Source of the DNA: an uncultured Gammaproteobacteria bacterium
GTDB lineage: Bacteria; Patescibacteriota; Microgenomatia; UBA12405
Direction: 5' to 3'
Length of the DNA stretch: 64,000 nucleotides
Assembly: GCA_964503465.1 (NCBI GenBank)
Contig: CAZCYZ010000002.1
Location: 6,995-70,994 of the forward strand
Under the pieces are notes generated by a model. That model was not told the origin of the DNA, did not search any database, and worked only from the letters and a program-made list of their open reading frames with translations. Positions 45,401-53,465 of this stretch are shown piece after piece; positions within the stretch are counted from its first letter, which is position 1; each line of letters starts with the position of its first letter. A program made the position numbers and the translations under genes.

Positions 45401-47294
45401 GCCGGTGTTACCACTTCATTGTCAATGGTCAAATGGAAGTTGTGTACCTCGTTACAATGTCAATCCTTTTACTTGTAAAGTTGGAGGAGTGGCTGGTGTC
45501 TGTACTACTCGAAGTAACTGTAGTGGAACCTTTGACCAAACACAGGTTGTTGACTGTGGCGGTGCTCTAGGGCCTTTGTATACTGTTCTGGGTGTTGGCT
45601 GTTGTGTGACTGGAGGAGCTAGTCCTACCCCAACTGCTACCCCAACTGTTACGGTGACAGGGATTTGTGGTAGTGTTTGTGGAAGAGTCCCCTTACTAGT
45701 GAGGTCAGCTTGTGTTGCTGCGTGTACTAATATTGTTAATAATGGTTGTGCAGCGGGAAGAAATACCTTTATTGATGGGTGTATGACTACTTGTAATAGG
45801 TCGTCGGTGTTGAGGTTGGCGGGTGTTTGTTCGAATATATGTCGTCTGGCCGCCGATGAGATTTGTACTGATATACCAGGTACGGATTGTCCTAATCCGG
45901 GAACTACTACTTGTGAAGATGGTAGGGTACGGGCCTGTAAAGGCGATGGTGCTTGGGGCGAATGGATTACCTGTTTGTCGGGTCAGTGTAACACCGATGG
46001 AACAGAGTGTAAGTTCCCCCCAATATCGCCGTTGCCAACTAAGGGTGTTCGAGGAACACCGACAGGAACCAGGTGTCAAGATGGGGTAAGGGAGTTAAGA
46101 TGTGGAATTCAGGGTCGAGTAACTGGAACTGAATTTGGCTGTGAGCGTCCAGTAGATTTTAACTGTGCCGCAAATCAAATGGGTACGATTCGGGTTAGTC
46201 CTGATTGTCGATGTCAGCCGGTGTGTATGAATTCTTCGGCTTGTAGTTTAATTCCAACTGGTCAGCCGACAGGAACCAGGTGTCAAGATGGGGTAAGGGA
46301 GTTAAGATGTGGAATTCAGGGTCGAGTAACTGGAACTGAATTTGGCTGTGAGCGTCCAGTAGATTTTAACTGTGCCGCAAATCAAATGGGTACGATTCGG
46401 GTTAGTCCTGATTGTCGATGTCAGCCGGTGTGTATGAATTCTTCGGCTTGTAGTTTGGAGCCGACTCCGACTACTGGAAGGGGAATAACACCGGTAGTAA
46501 CAAGAGAGCCGACAACTCCTCCAGGACCAGGTTCATGTGACCAGAAATGTCCGACGAGTGACGGTAAAATCTTGAAAAACTGTACTCCGCCAGATAGTGA
46601 TGGCTCTAGTCAGGATAGCAATTGTGACCGTAGGGGTAGAGTTGAGCCCTGTGGTGGTAGCCAGTACTGCTGTGATGGAAGTAAGTGGAGTACTGACATG
46701 GCAGCTTGCGGAAATGTACCTACCACCCCTCCCGGTTGTGACCAAAAGTGCCCAACAAGTGATGGAAAAATCTTGAAAAACTGCACTCCACCAGACAGTG
46801 ATGGTACCAGTCAGGATAGCAATTGTGACCGTAGGGGTAGAGTAGAATCTTGTGGTGGTAGCCAGTACTGCTGTGATGGAAGTAAGTGGAGTACTGACAT
46901 GGCAGCTTGTGGGTCGGGTAAGTGTAAACGGTGCCCAGCAGACTTTAAGTGTTACACCGATGGGAGTGAGTATCGGTGGTTTGTGACAGGATATGCAATG
47001 GAGGGATTTGAGCTGGTGGCTTCACCGGATACCACTAGTTGTGGTGGTGTGACTCAACCGAGTTATATGGGCAAACAGAAGGGTGATGCCAATTGTGATG
47101 GCTTTGTCGATGGTTATGACTATTCGATTTGGAGAACGGAGTATGTGGATGTTAGCGGCGGTGAGCCATTAGTTCGAGATAATTGGGAGGCTGACTTCAC
47201 TGGTAACGACGGTCTGTGTGATGGAGTGGTGGATGGATACGATTACTCCTTGTGGAGAAATCAATATAAAGATTTAAATGGAGGAGGAAACTAA
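42414..47294 (+). CDS. Giant Cys-rich repeat surface protein with C-terminal dockerin-like domain
   Basis: N-terminal TM plus QDTRDKAA; eight ~47-aa CxA..NGxSYCQSPY..GSR.W.C.NG repeats; other duplicated Cys modules; Pro/Thr linkers; GDANCDGFVDGYDYS and DGVVDGYDYS Ca-binding loops. Confidence 0.88.
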   Translation: MNKIFRRIGSNSGLAQIPLVIGLLIMAVAIPVATKLSQTEQDTRDKAAAKVCTVGNLGTRCTNSSGQSCQEYRLANCDILCNQNCTGGGGGSTPKLPKPTSGGGGGSTCEAGRENVGCGKTGRVSGDCRQAVTFNCSSNQMGVLEISRDCTCRATCVNSSSCAEPTSPPRATNTPEPSCQAGRQEFLGECGKKGRVSTIRFGSRSYECAQPVDFNCQSGQIGVIEMAGPNCVCSARCLNESTCAAATPTTRPTSRPTSTSTPRPTTACVRNGLTTGSTSNCCSKSSVTYAGTGGSLVTCCAANGTVAENKAECCSGNGTVITGGRDQGAYTCGAAPTSTPRPTATPTASNLGSCAATSSHPVMANGETYCQSPYLLGSRAWACNNGTATVRTNYLNTRNCDGNVPTGLPVGNCAATGNHPEMTNGGSYCQTPYLAGSRRWTCNNGDATISRNFLATRNCEETVPTGAGGSCTATTNTPALANGESYCQSPYLAGSRRWTCNNGVVSVSHDFLLTRNCSGTVPTGLPAGNCAASPNHPAMTNGQSYCQSPYLLGSRVWTCSNGDAVITNNYEATRNCNGTIPTGLPAGNCPATSSHPVMANGETYCQSPYLLGSRAWACNNGTATVRTNYLNTRNCDGNVPTGLPVGNCAATGNHPEMTNGGSYCQTPYLAGSRRWTCNNGDATISRNFLATRNCEETVPTGAGGSCTATTNTPALANGESYCQSPYRLGSRRWHCDNGVVSVESIYLLTRDCRGTVPTGTTPGNCAATDETPVLTNGQSYCQSPYRLGSRRWVCNNGVVSVTNNYLTTANCASSSLTPIPGCVIVNPLGGCLLTQTAIDNLNECSAISSLPISSSLRASVCSAVGLRAVLPLHCQWSNGSCVPRYNVNPFTCKVGGVAGVCTTRSNCSGTFDQTQVVDCGGALGPLYTVLGVGCCVTGGTGGIVTPIPGCIVANPAGGCWLTQADLNNLNECSAINSIPYIGASLKSSICSAVGLRPVLPLHCQWSNGSCVPRYNVNPFTCKVGGVAGVCTTRSNCSGTFDQTQVVDCGGALGPLYTVLGVGCCVTGGASPTPTATPTVTVTGICGSVCGRVPLLVRSACVAACTNIVNNGCAAGRNTFIDGCMTTCNRSSVLRLAGVCSNICRLAADEICTDIPGTDCPNPGTTTCEDGRVRACKGDGAWGEWITCLSGQCNTDGTECKFPPISPLPTKGVRGTPTGTRCQDGVRELRCGIQGRVTGTEFGCERPVDFNCAANQMGTIRVSPDCRCQPVCMNSSACSLIPTGQPTGTRCQDGVRELRCGIQGRVTGTEFGCERPVDFNCAANQMGTIRVSPDCRCQPVCMNSSACSLEPTPTTGRGITPVVTREPTTPPGPGSCDQKCPTSDGKILKNCTPPDSDGSSQDSNCDRRGRVEPCGGSQYCCDGSKWSTDMAACGNVPTTPPGCDQKCPTSDGKILKNCTPPDSDGTSQDSNCDRRGRVESCGGSQYCCDGSKWSTDMAACGSGKCKRCPADFKCYTDGSEYRWFVTGYAMEGFELVASPDTTSCGGVTQPSYMGKQKGDANCDGFVDGYDYSIWRTEYVDVSGGEPLVRDNWEADFTGNDGLCDGVVDGYDYSLWRNQYKDLNGGGN
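43479..44590 (+). repeat. Exact 407-bp direct repeat (43479-43885 and 44184-44590)
   Basis: Read as identical by eye; offset 705 nt (235 codons). Confidence 0.85.
45018..45616 (+). repeat. Exact 212-bp direct repeat (45018-45229 and 45405-45616)
   Basis: Offset 387 nt (129 codons). Confidence 0.85.
46059..46456 (+). repeat. Exact 191-bp direct repeat (46059-46249 and 46266-46456)
   Basis: Offset 207 nt (69 codons). Confidence 0.85.
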
Positions 47295-47295
47295 A

Positions 47296-48579
47296 ATGAC
47301 TATCCGAAGTAAACAGATGTCGGTTGCGTCACTAATAATACCTTTGTTGTTGGTGGCAGCCTTGATAGCTGGTTTAACCTTAGTTAAAACTAATCAAGAA
47401 ACACGAAGGGGGGCGTATTTTGCCAGCACCAAGATGTTGTTACAACCAGAGTCGTCGACAAAGAGGGTGGGGGAGGAAATACCTTTTGCTTTGTATGTGG
47501 AGACTCCTGCAAAAGTAGACTTTGTTAAGGCTAAAATCTGCTATACTAACTTGATAAGTCTGGATGGGAGTGATTTAGATTCAAAGATAGTTGTTAATCG
47601 AGAAGCTTTCGATGTGGCAGTTTTGACAAAGGTGGGGGAGTCAACGATTCCCGAACAGAAATGTTTAACAATGTCGATCAAATCAGAGAAGGCGGCGGAG
47701 AATTTAAAATCCGGATTGGTTCAGGTGGCCTTAATCAAGTTTAAGGCTTTGGCCAAAGGAAACGGTAATTTGGTTATTGACAAAGCCTCTTCACAAGTCG
47801 GCGGTCACAATGCTGGTAAAACCGATAAAAGTATCAAGATTGAAGAGGTGGCAGGAGCTAGCTTCACCATAACTGAAGGTGTAACTGGAGAGTGTGGTTG
47901 GTGTGGGCTTGATTGTATTCGTAAAGCCGCGGGCATGAATTGTATCGATGTAGCTCCGCCAGTTGGACAGAGATGTGTTGAAGTTGATGGTAACTGTGTG
48001 GCTCAACCAATTAGTACCGGAGGAGATTCGGTTTTGAACTACAAGATATTGTTTGGGGGTTTGCAATCAGATGCCAAGTGTGTGGCGAATTGGCCAGTAT
48101 CGATTACTGTTTTGGCAAATGGAGTATCCAAAACTTATAGCCATACTCCAGTCAGGGATGGTGATTCTTTTAGTGGTAGTTTAGTATTGACTGGATTTAC
48201 GGCTAGGGAAGGGGTGGCGGTTTTTATCAAAGGTTCGAAGCATCTTCAGATGAAGTATGGTAAGGACAATCAAGTTGGGGCGTATGCAAAGGCGGGGGGT
48301 GAAATTAGCCTGACCGATTCGGTATCTACCAGTCCATGGTATGTTTTTTCGGGATATCCACTGGTGGCAGGTGATGTTACCGGAGTCAACTCTGATGCCC
48401 AAGATGGATGGATTAATGGAGTTGACTTTTCTTATGTCAAGCAGCGTTCCTTGACACATGAAATGGTGGCAGAAGGAGCGTATCTTCAGGCCGATTTGGA
48501 TGGTAACTGTCAGGTTAACAGTAATGATGTTAACGTATTAAAGATTTCTCTCAATGAAAAACAGGGAGAGCTGTATTAA
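47296..48579 (+). CDS. Anchored protein with cohesin-like and dockerin-like domains
   Basis: TM plus NQETRRGA; beta-sandwich ending A.IKFKALAKG; GDV...DGWINGVDFS and ADLDGNCQVNSND loops. Confidence 0.75.
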   Translation: MTIRSKQMSVASLIIPLLLVAALIAGLTLVKTNQETRRGAYFASTKMLLQPESSTKRVGEEIPFALYVETPAKVDFVKAKICYTNLISLDGSDLDSKIVVNREAFDVAVLTKVGESTIPEQKCLTMSIKSEKAAENLKSGLVQVALIKFKALAKGNGNLVIDKASSQVGGHNAGKTDKSIKIEEVAGASFTITEGVTGECGWCGLDCIRKAAGMNCIDVAPPVGQRCVEVDGNCVAQPISTGGDSVLNYKILFGGLQSDAKCVANWPVSITVLANGVSKTYSHTPVRDGDSFSGSLVLTGFTAREGVAVFIKGSKHLQMKYGKDNQVGAYAKAGGEISLTDSVSTSPWYVFSGYPLVAGDVTGVNSDAQDGWINGVDFSYVKQRSLTHEMVAEGAYLQADLDGNCQVNSNDVNVLKISLNEKQGELY

Positions 48580-48588
48580 GGAGAAAAT

Positions 48589-49176
48589 ATGAAAAAAGAA
48601 CAAATAATAAGGTTTTTAATTCCAGTAGTGGCAGTGTTGGTAATTGTTGAAAGTGTGGTTCTGGTTACTGGGGCTTTAAAGAGGAATAGAGAAGTGGTGC
48701 AGGATAAGCCGTTAGTTGCGGACGAAGAGTCGCGGTTGATCCAGATGGGTTTGGATGCGCCTAAATCATCGATAGCAGTGGGCGAGAAATTGCCGGTAAA
48801 CTTTAGATTGGTATCAACTAAGGATTTGGCGGTAGACGCCTTTGAGACGTATATTAAATACGATCCGACGGCTTTTGAAGTTTCCGGTTTAAGTTTTAAC
48901 AATGATTTACCAGCTCCAGCGATAGCAAAAATCAGTCGACAAAAAGGGATGATTATTGTTACTTATCTTGTTGATGAGGCGAGGGGTTATCAGTTGAAGT
49001 CGGGGGTTGAAGTGATGTTGGCAAGCTTTAATGTGACCGCTAAAAAAGCTGGTTCGTATGATTTTGAAATTACCACTAGCACTGGTGAGCAAGGCTCTGC
49101 TAGTATGGTAGTAGAGAATGCAACATCGAAGGTGATTCCATTTGATGGTAGCAGTCTAAAAGTTAACGTTTTTTAA
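48589..49176 (+). CDS. Cohesin-like domain protein with N-terminal TM
   Basis: VGEK..V, VDAFE.YIKYDP.AFEV, LASF.VTAKKAG cohesin-type pattern. Confidence 0.72.
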   Translation: MKKEQIIRFLIPVVAVLVIVESVVLVTGALKRNREVVQDKPLVADEESRLIQMGLDAPKSSIAVGEKLPVNFRLVSTKDLAVDAFETYIKYDPTAFEVSGLSFNNDLPAPAIAKISRQKGMIIVTYLVDEARGYQLKSGVEVMLASFNVTAKKAGSYDFEITTSTGEQGSASMVVENATSKVIPFDGSSLKVNVF

Positions 49177-49185
49177 ATAAAGATA

Positions 49186-49887
49186 ATGAAAAAAACTGCC
49201 CTTAGTTTGGTAATGACCTTGGCCTTGATGGGGGCAGGGGTTAAAGGAGTAATGGCCGGGCCCCATCTGACTTTATCTCCTTCGGCGGGGAATTATACGG
49301 TTGGGTCTGAGTTTACGGTGACAATTGGGGTGGATTCGGGAACAGAGAAAACGGCGGCGATTGATATTTGGGCGAATTTTGACTTGTCCAAGCTGGAGGT
49401 GGTGTCGATTACAAAGACTGCCCCTCCGGATCCAAATAATGACGATTTTCCTTTTAGTTTGGGCCAGAACATTAAGAACAGTGAAGGTAAATTTGATGTA
49501 AGTTGCACCTCAAGTAACATGAGTGGATTGGAAACCGTGGCAATTAAGAGGGACTTGGTGGCGGTAGTGTTTAAAGCTAAGGCTGAAGGAGTGGCATCGC
49601 TTAATTTTAGTTGCTCATCAGGCTCAAGTATTGATACTAATATTTTTAATGCCAGTGCGGTAGATGTAATTGAGTGTTCGAGTAATCAAAGCGGATCTTA
49701 CACTATTACGGCTGCTTCAAGTGGTGGTACGAGCGAGCCAACGGCGACACCAACACCAACGACAGCGGCAACAACAACGACTACAAGTTCTAGCTTGCCA
49801 CAGACTGGGGTGATTGAAAATACGGTTGGATTAGTGGTTTTTGGTTTGATGTCGGTGCTTGGAGCGGCAGTTTTACGTTGGCTATGA
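49186..49887 (+). CDS. Cohesin-like protein with signal peptide and LPXTG sorting signal
   Basis: Signal peptide; LSPS.G.Y.VG.EFTV.I.VD, A.D...FD.SKLEV, V.FKAKAEG.A.L.F; Thr-rich linker; LPQTG plus hydrophobic tail. Confidence 0.8.
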   Translation: MKKTALSLVMTLALMGAGVKGVMAGPHLTLSPSAGNYTVGSEFTVTIGVDSGTEKTAAIDIWANFDLSKLEVVSITKTAPPDPNNDDFPFSLGQNIKNSEGKFDVSCTSSNMSGLETVAIKRDLVAVVFKAKAEGVASLNFSCSSGSSIDTNIFNASAVDVIECSSNQSGSYTITAASSGGTSEPTATPTPTTAATTTTTSSSLPQTGVIENTVGLVVFGLMSVLGAAVLRWL

Positions 49888-50579
49888 GTAGGGGAGCGAT
49901 TAACATTAAGACAATATTGATTTTGGTTATTTTGGTGTTGGTGGGAGTGTTGAGTGTTTTGGGTATCAATACTGCCAAAACATTGATTGGAAGTGCGGCG
50001 GCTGGAGTTGAGCCCAAAAATGTAATTGCTAAGCCGGATATGGTGACTGATAGTGGCCGGGAAGAGTTTACGGCGAAAGTTGAGTGGACTTCGGAAAAAC
50101 CAGCGATGGGAATTGTCGAGTATGGGACGACACCGGCCAGTTTGCTATTACGGGCAGCAGAATCGGAACAGTCAACCAGCCATTCGGTTAAATTGTCACC
50201 CTTAAAATCAAATACTAGTTATTATTTTCGAATTAAAATAGGGGAAGAAGTCTTTGATAACAACGGTATTCCCTATTCTTTTAAAACTAAGGCGACAACC
50301 GCGAGTGGGAGCAGTCAGCAACAACCAACAGTGGCGCCAACTAAGCCAGTAGGAGCGGCACCAACGGTGGTTAATGATAAAGGTTGCAATCGTGCGACTG
50401 ACTACAATAAGGATGGGGTGATCAATAGCCTTGACTATGTCGTTTGTATGGGTGGCCAAAAGAGTGGTACTCCGTCGGCTAGTAGTAGTGCTAGTAGTTG
50501 CAAGGCAGGAGTGGATTTTGATGGCAATGGGGTGGCGAATAGTCTTGATATGATCAAGTGTTTACAAAACAAGAAGTAA
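49884..50579 (+). CDS. Anchored FN3-like (purple acid phosphatase N-type) plus dockerin-like protein
   Basis: V.WTS.KP....VEYGT, HSVKL..LK.NT.YYFRI; DYNKDGVINSLD and DFDGNGVANSLD loops. Confidence 0.78.
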   Translation: MSRGAINIKTILILVILVLVGVLSVLGINTAKTLIGSAAAGVEPKNVIAKPDMVTDSGREEFTAKVEWTSEKPAMGIVEYGTTPASLLLRAAESEQSTSHSVKLSPLKSNTSYYFRIKIGEEVFDNNGIPYSFKTKATTASGSSQQQPTVAPTKPVGAAPTVVNDKGCNRATDYNKDGVINSLDYVVCMGGQKSGTPSASSSASSCKAGVDFDGNGVANSLDMIKCLQNKK

Positions 50580-50600
50580 TAGGGTAAAATAGCTACCTAT

Positions 50601-50822
50601 ATGGCCATTGTGGTAAAGAAAACAAAAGGTGAGTCGAAGGACGATATAATTGGTAAGTTTCGTCGACTGTGTATTGAGGAGGATATCGCTGAAGAAGTCA
50701 AGAAAAGGACTGCTTATAGCAAACCGTCTATCGAACGTTATGCCAAAAAAAAGATTATTCTTTGGAGGGAAAAGTGTCGAAGACGGGCGAAGAAATTGAG
50801 AAATCGAAGTAGTCATTCCTAA
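50601..50822 (+). CDS. rpsU: 30S ribosomal protein S21
   Basis: V.K..GES.D.II.KFRR, E.KKR..Y.KPS..R; upstream of yqeY as usual. Confidence 0.8.
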   Translation: MAIVVKKTKGESKDDIIGKFRRLCIEEDIAEEVKKRTAYSKPSIERYAKKKIILWREKCRRRAKKLRNRSSHS

Positions 50823-50832
50823 AGTGTAAATT

Positions 50833-51267
50833 ATGCTAAGGGATACAATTAAACAGGAAGTGGTCAAAGCTTTGAAGGCCGGGGATGAGCGGCGGGTGGA
50901 GACATTGCGATTTTTGGTGTCATTGTTGGACAAAAGGGCTCTGGATTTACCGGTAGGGGCAATGAAGGACGAGGAGGAATTGGCAGTTTTAAGAAAAGAG
51001 CTTAAACACAAAGAGGAGGCAAAGGAGATGTTTGTGAAGGGCGAAAGGAGCGATTTGGTGGCGGAGACTGATTATGAAATTGAAGTGTTAAGGGAGTATT
51101 TGCCACCAGAAATTAATGATGAGGAGATTAGGAAAGTGGTAACCGAGATAGTAGGGAATAATAGTGGAGCTAATTTCGGAATGGTGATGGGAATGGTGAT
51201 GAAGAGACTAGCTGGTCAGGTTAGTGGGGATCGGGTAGCTTCAATAGTCAAGGAATGTCTAACTTAG
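50833..51267 (+). CDS. yqeY: GatB/YqeY domain protein
   Basis: ALKAGD..R..TLRFL, R.DL...E..VL.EYLP, G.VMG.VM..L.G..G. Confidence 0.88.
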   Translation: MLRDTIKQEVVKALKAGDERRVETLRFLVSLLDKRALDLPVGAMKDEEELAVLRKELKHKEEAKEMFVKGERSDLVAETDYEIEVLREYLPPEINDEEIRKVVTEIVGNNSGANFGMVMGMVMKRLAGQVSGDRVASIVKECLT

Positions 51268-51593
51268 TTTTGATCAAGCATCCAAGTAATTGGGGTTTGG
51301 AAGAAAAATTGGTGGAAAGGTTGGCGAAGACGGTGTTGAGAGAAAAGAAGCTTGATGGAGTAGAGTTAAGCTTGGTTTTTGTCGGACGAAAACGGGCTAG
51401 AGATTTAAATGTTAGGTATCGAGGGATGAGTTATGTTCCTCAGGTATTAGGTTTTCCAATGGATAAAGAAACAGAAATTGATGGTTTGATACACTTAGGT
51501 GATGTGGTTATATGTACTAATCGGCTAAAGCGGGAGGGACAGGAGATACTGATTGAGTGGTTAAGACATGGGGTGCAAAATTTGTTGAAGTAG
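51255..51593 (+). CDS. ybeY: YbeY-like protein, C-terminally truncated
   Basis: ELSLVFVG...R.LN.RYRG..Y...VL.FP, LGDVVIC; ends at HGVQNLLK. Confidence 0.7.
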   Translation: MSNLVLIKHPSNWGLEEKLVERLAKTVLREKKLDGVELSLVFVGRKRARDLNVRYRGMSYVPQVLGFPMDKETEIDGLIHLGDVVICTNRLKREGQEILIEWLRHGVQNLLK

Positions 51594-51607
51594 TCTAGAA
51601 TGAGACG

Positions 51608-53074
51608 ATGTCGGTCTTTCATTTAAAATATCGTCCTCAAAGAATTGCTGACTTGGACTCGGTGGAGGTGGTTGAAGTTTTAACACGAATACTTGAGGGT
51701 GGAGATATTCCGCCGGCTTTTTTGTTTACCGGACCAAAAGGGGCCGGGAAAACTTCAGCGGCAAGAATTTTAGCTCGAGCGGTTAATTGTCAAAAAAAGA
51801 AGGGAATCGAACCTTGTGGGGAATGTGACAATTGTATTGAGGTTGGTGGTGGTCGATCGATAGATGTGTTGGAAATTGATGCCGCTTCGAATCGTGGGGT
51901 GGATGATGCTAGGAGTTTGCGGGAAAAGGCGGTGTTGTTGCCAAGCAAACTCAAAACAAAAGTGTTTATTGTTGACGAGGTTCACATGTTGACCAAAGAG
52001 GCCTTTAACGCCTTGCTGAAATTAATCGAGGAACCACCAATACACACAATGTTTATCTTGTGCACGACGGATGTTAGTAAAATTCCGGAAACTGTTTTGT
52101 CGCGACTGATCCGAGTTGATTTTAAGAAGGGAAGGAAAACCGAACTTCAAAGTGCTTTAAAAAGAGTGATTGAAGGGGAAAAAATTAGTATTGAGGATGA
52201 AAGTTTGAATTTAATTGTGGACAAAAGTGATGGGAGTTTTCGAAATATCCACAGGTTGTTCAATGAAATAGTGTTACGTTACGGTCAGAAAATAAAACAA
52301 GAGCAAGTGGAGGAGTTTTTTAAAACGAAGGGTGGTAGTTATAGTGAAAATGAGTTTGAGAAGGATTTGGGGGTGGGTGATGCCCAGAGAGTAATGACTA
52401 AGTTGGAACAGTTGGCTGAGGTAGGAACAGATTTTGCAAACTTTAGGGAGGGATTGATTAGGTATTTTCAGGAGAGATTGTTGAGTTTTTATGGAGTTGG
52501 AGCCGAGAATTTGGGGGAGCTTAAAAAGGAAGAAGTGGTTAGATTGCTGGGGTGTTTAATTAGGGCGGGGGAGTTGGAGAAATTAGTAGGAATTGATCAG
52601 TTGCCATTGGAGTTGGCAGTGATTGAGTTTTTGGGCGATAAGGAGCCGATTAAAAAACAAGGTGATAGCTTGGAGCCGAAAGTTGAGCCAATGGTTGAGA
52701 TAAAGAAAATCGAAGGAGAGGTAACCCTGGAGGCAATAGAACGTGAATGGGGGAATGTCTTGCGGGTAGTCAAGCCATTTAATCATTCTGTGGAGGCTTT
52801 TTTGAGGGCGGCCAGGCCAAAGGCGGTTGAAGGTAAGGCGTTGGTTATTGAGGTGTTCTATCCGTTTCATAAGGATAGGTTGGAGGAGGAGAGGAACAGA
52901 CAGGTGGTGGAAAAGGGACTGAAAACAGTTTTAGGAGTGGATTTGCATCTGAAGTGTGAGTTGAGTCAGAGTAAGAAGCCACCGCTGGTGATTAAGAATG
53001 AAACGCCGATGGAGCAAGTAACACCTGGAGGGGAGAAGGATATTTACGAGGTGGCCAAGGAAATTTTTGGATGA
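51608..53074 (+). CDS. dnaX: DNA polymerase III subunit gamma/tau
   Basis: KYRPQ, GPKGAGKTS, PCGECDNC, EIDAASNRG, IVDEVHML, FNALLK..EEPP. Confidence 0.96.
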   Translation: MSVFHLKYRPQRIADLDSVEVVEVLTRILEGGDIPPAFLFTGPKGAGKTSAARILARAVNCQKKKGIEPCGECDNCIEVGGGRSIDVLEIDAASNRGVDDARSLREKAVLLPSKLKTKVFIVDEVHMLTKEAFNALLKLIEEPPIHTMFILCTTDVSKIPETVLSRLIRVDFKKGRKTELQSALKRVIEGEKISIEDESLNLIVDKSDGSFRNIHRLFNEIVLRYGQKIKQEQVEEFFKTKGGSYSENEFEKDLGVGDAQRVMTKLEQLAEVGTDFANFREGLIRYFQERLLSFYGVGAENLGELKKEEVVRLLGCLIRAGELEKLVGIDQLPLELAVIEFLGDKEPIKKQGDSLEPKVEPMVEIKKIEGEVTLEAIEREWGNVLRVVKPFNHSVEAFLRAARPKAVEGKALVIEVFYPFHKDRLEEERNRQVVEKGLKTVLGVDLHLKCELSQSKKPPLVIKNETPMEQVTPGGEKDIYEVAKEIFG

Positions 53075-53182
53075 TTGTTGTTAATTTGTAATTTCTAATT
53101 TCTAATTTATAATCAATTCTTAGCTATCTAACTAATTTTGAAACATTAGAAGTTCAATAAACATTAAAAATTAAATTAAGGT

Positions 53183-53431
53183 ATGTTTGATAAAGCTAAA
53201 ATGTTGGCCCAGGCTTTTAAACTAAAGAGAGCTATTGAGGCAGAGGTTATTATGGTTGATGAGAACGGGGTGATGATTGAGGTTGGCGGGGATCAAAAAA
53301 TTCGGAAATTAGTAATCAATGGGGTGGAAAACAGGGCGGTGTTGGAAGTGATTAACAAAGCGATGAAGAAAGCACAGGAAACTGCGGCTCGTAAAATGAA
53401 GGATATGGGAGGACTCGAGGGTTTGTTTTAA
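53183..53431 (+). CDS. ybaB: YbaB/EbfC nucleoid-associated protein
   Basis: Between dnaX and recR; G.Q.I..L.I...IN.AM.KAQ pattern. Confidence 0.82.
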   Translation: MFDKAKMLAQAFKLKRAIEAEVIMVDENGVMIEVGGDQKIRKLVINGVENRAVLEVINKAMKKAQETAARKMKDMGGLEGLF

Positions 53432-53465
53432 ACCCTCAATTTCTAGTTTTTAACCTCTAATTTTA

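Noticed and set aside
43479-46910. Long direct repeats as a CRISPR array or a DGR template/variable pair
   Set aside because: The repeats are in-frame protein modules with no spacers, no adenine-specific mismatches, and no cas or RT gene in the window.
51791-51802. AAAAAAAG slippery site in dnaX as a gamma/tau frameshift
   Set aside because: It lies at about codon 62 inside the ATPase domain, far from where a functional gamma truncation occurs, and there is no stimulatory hairpin.
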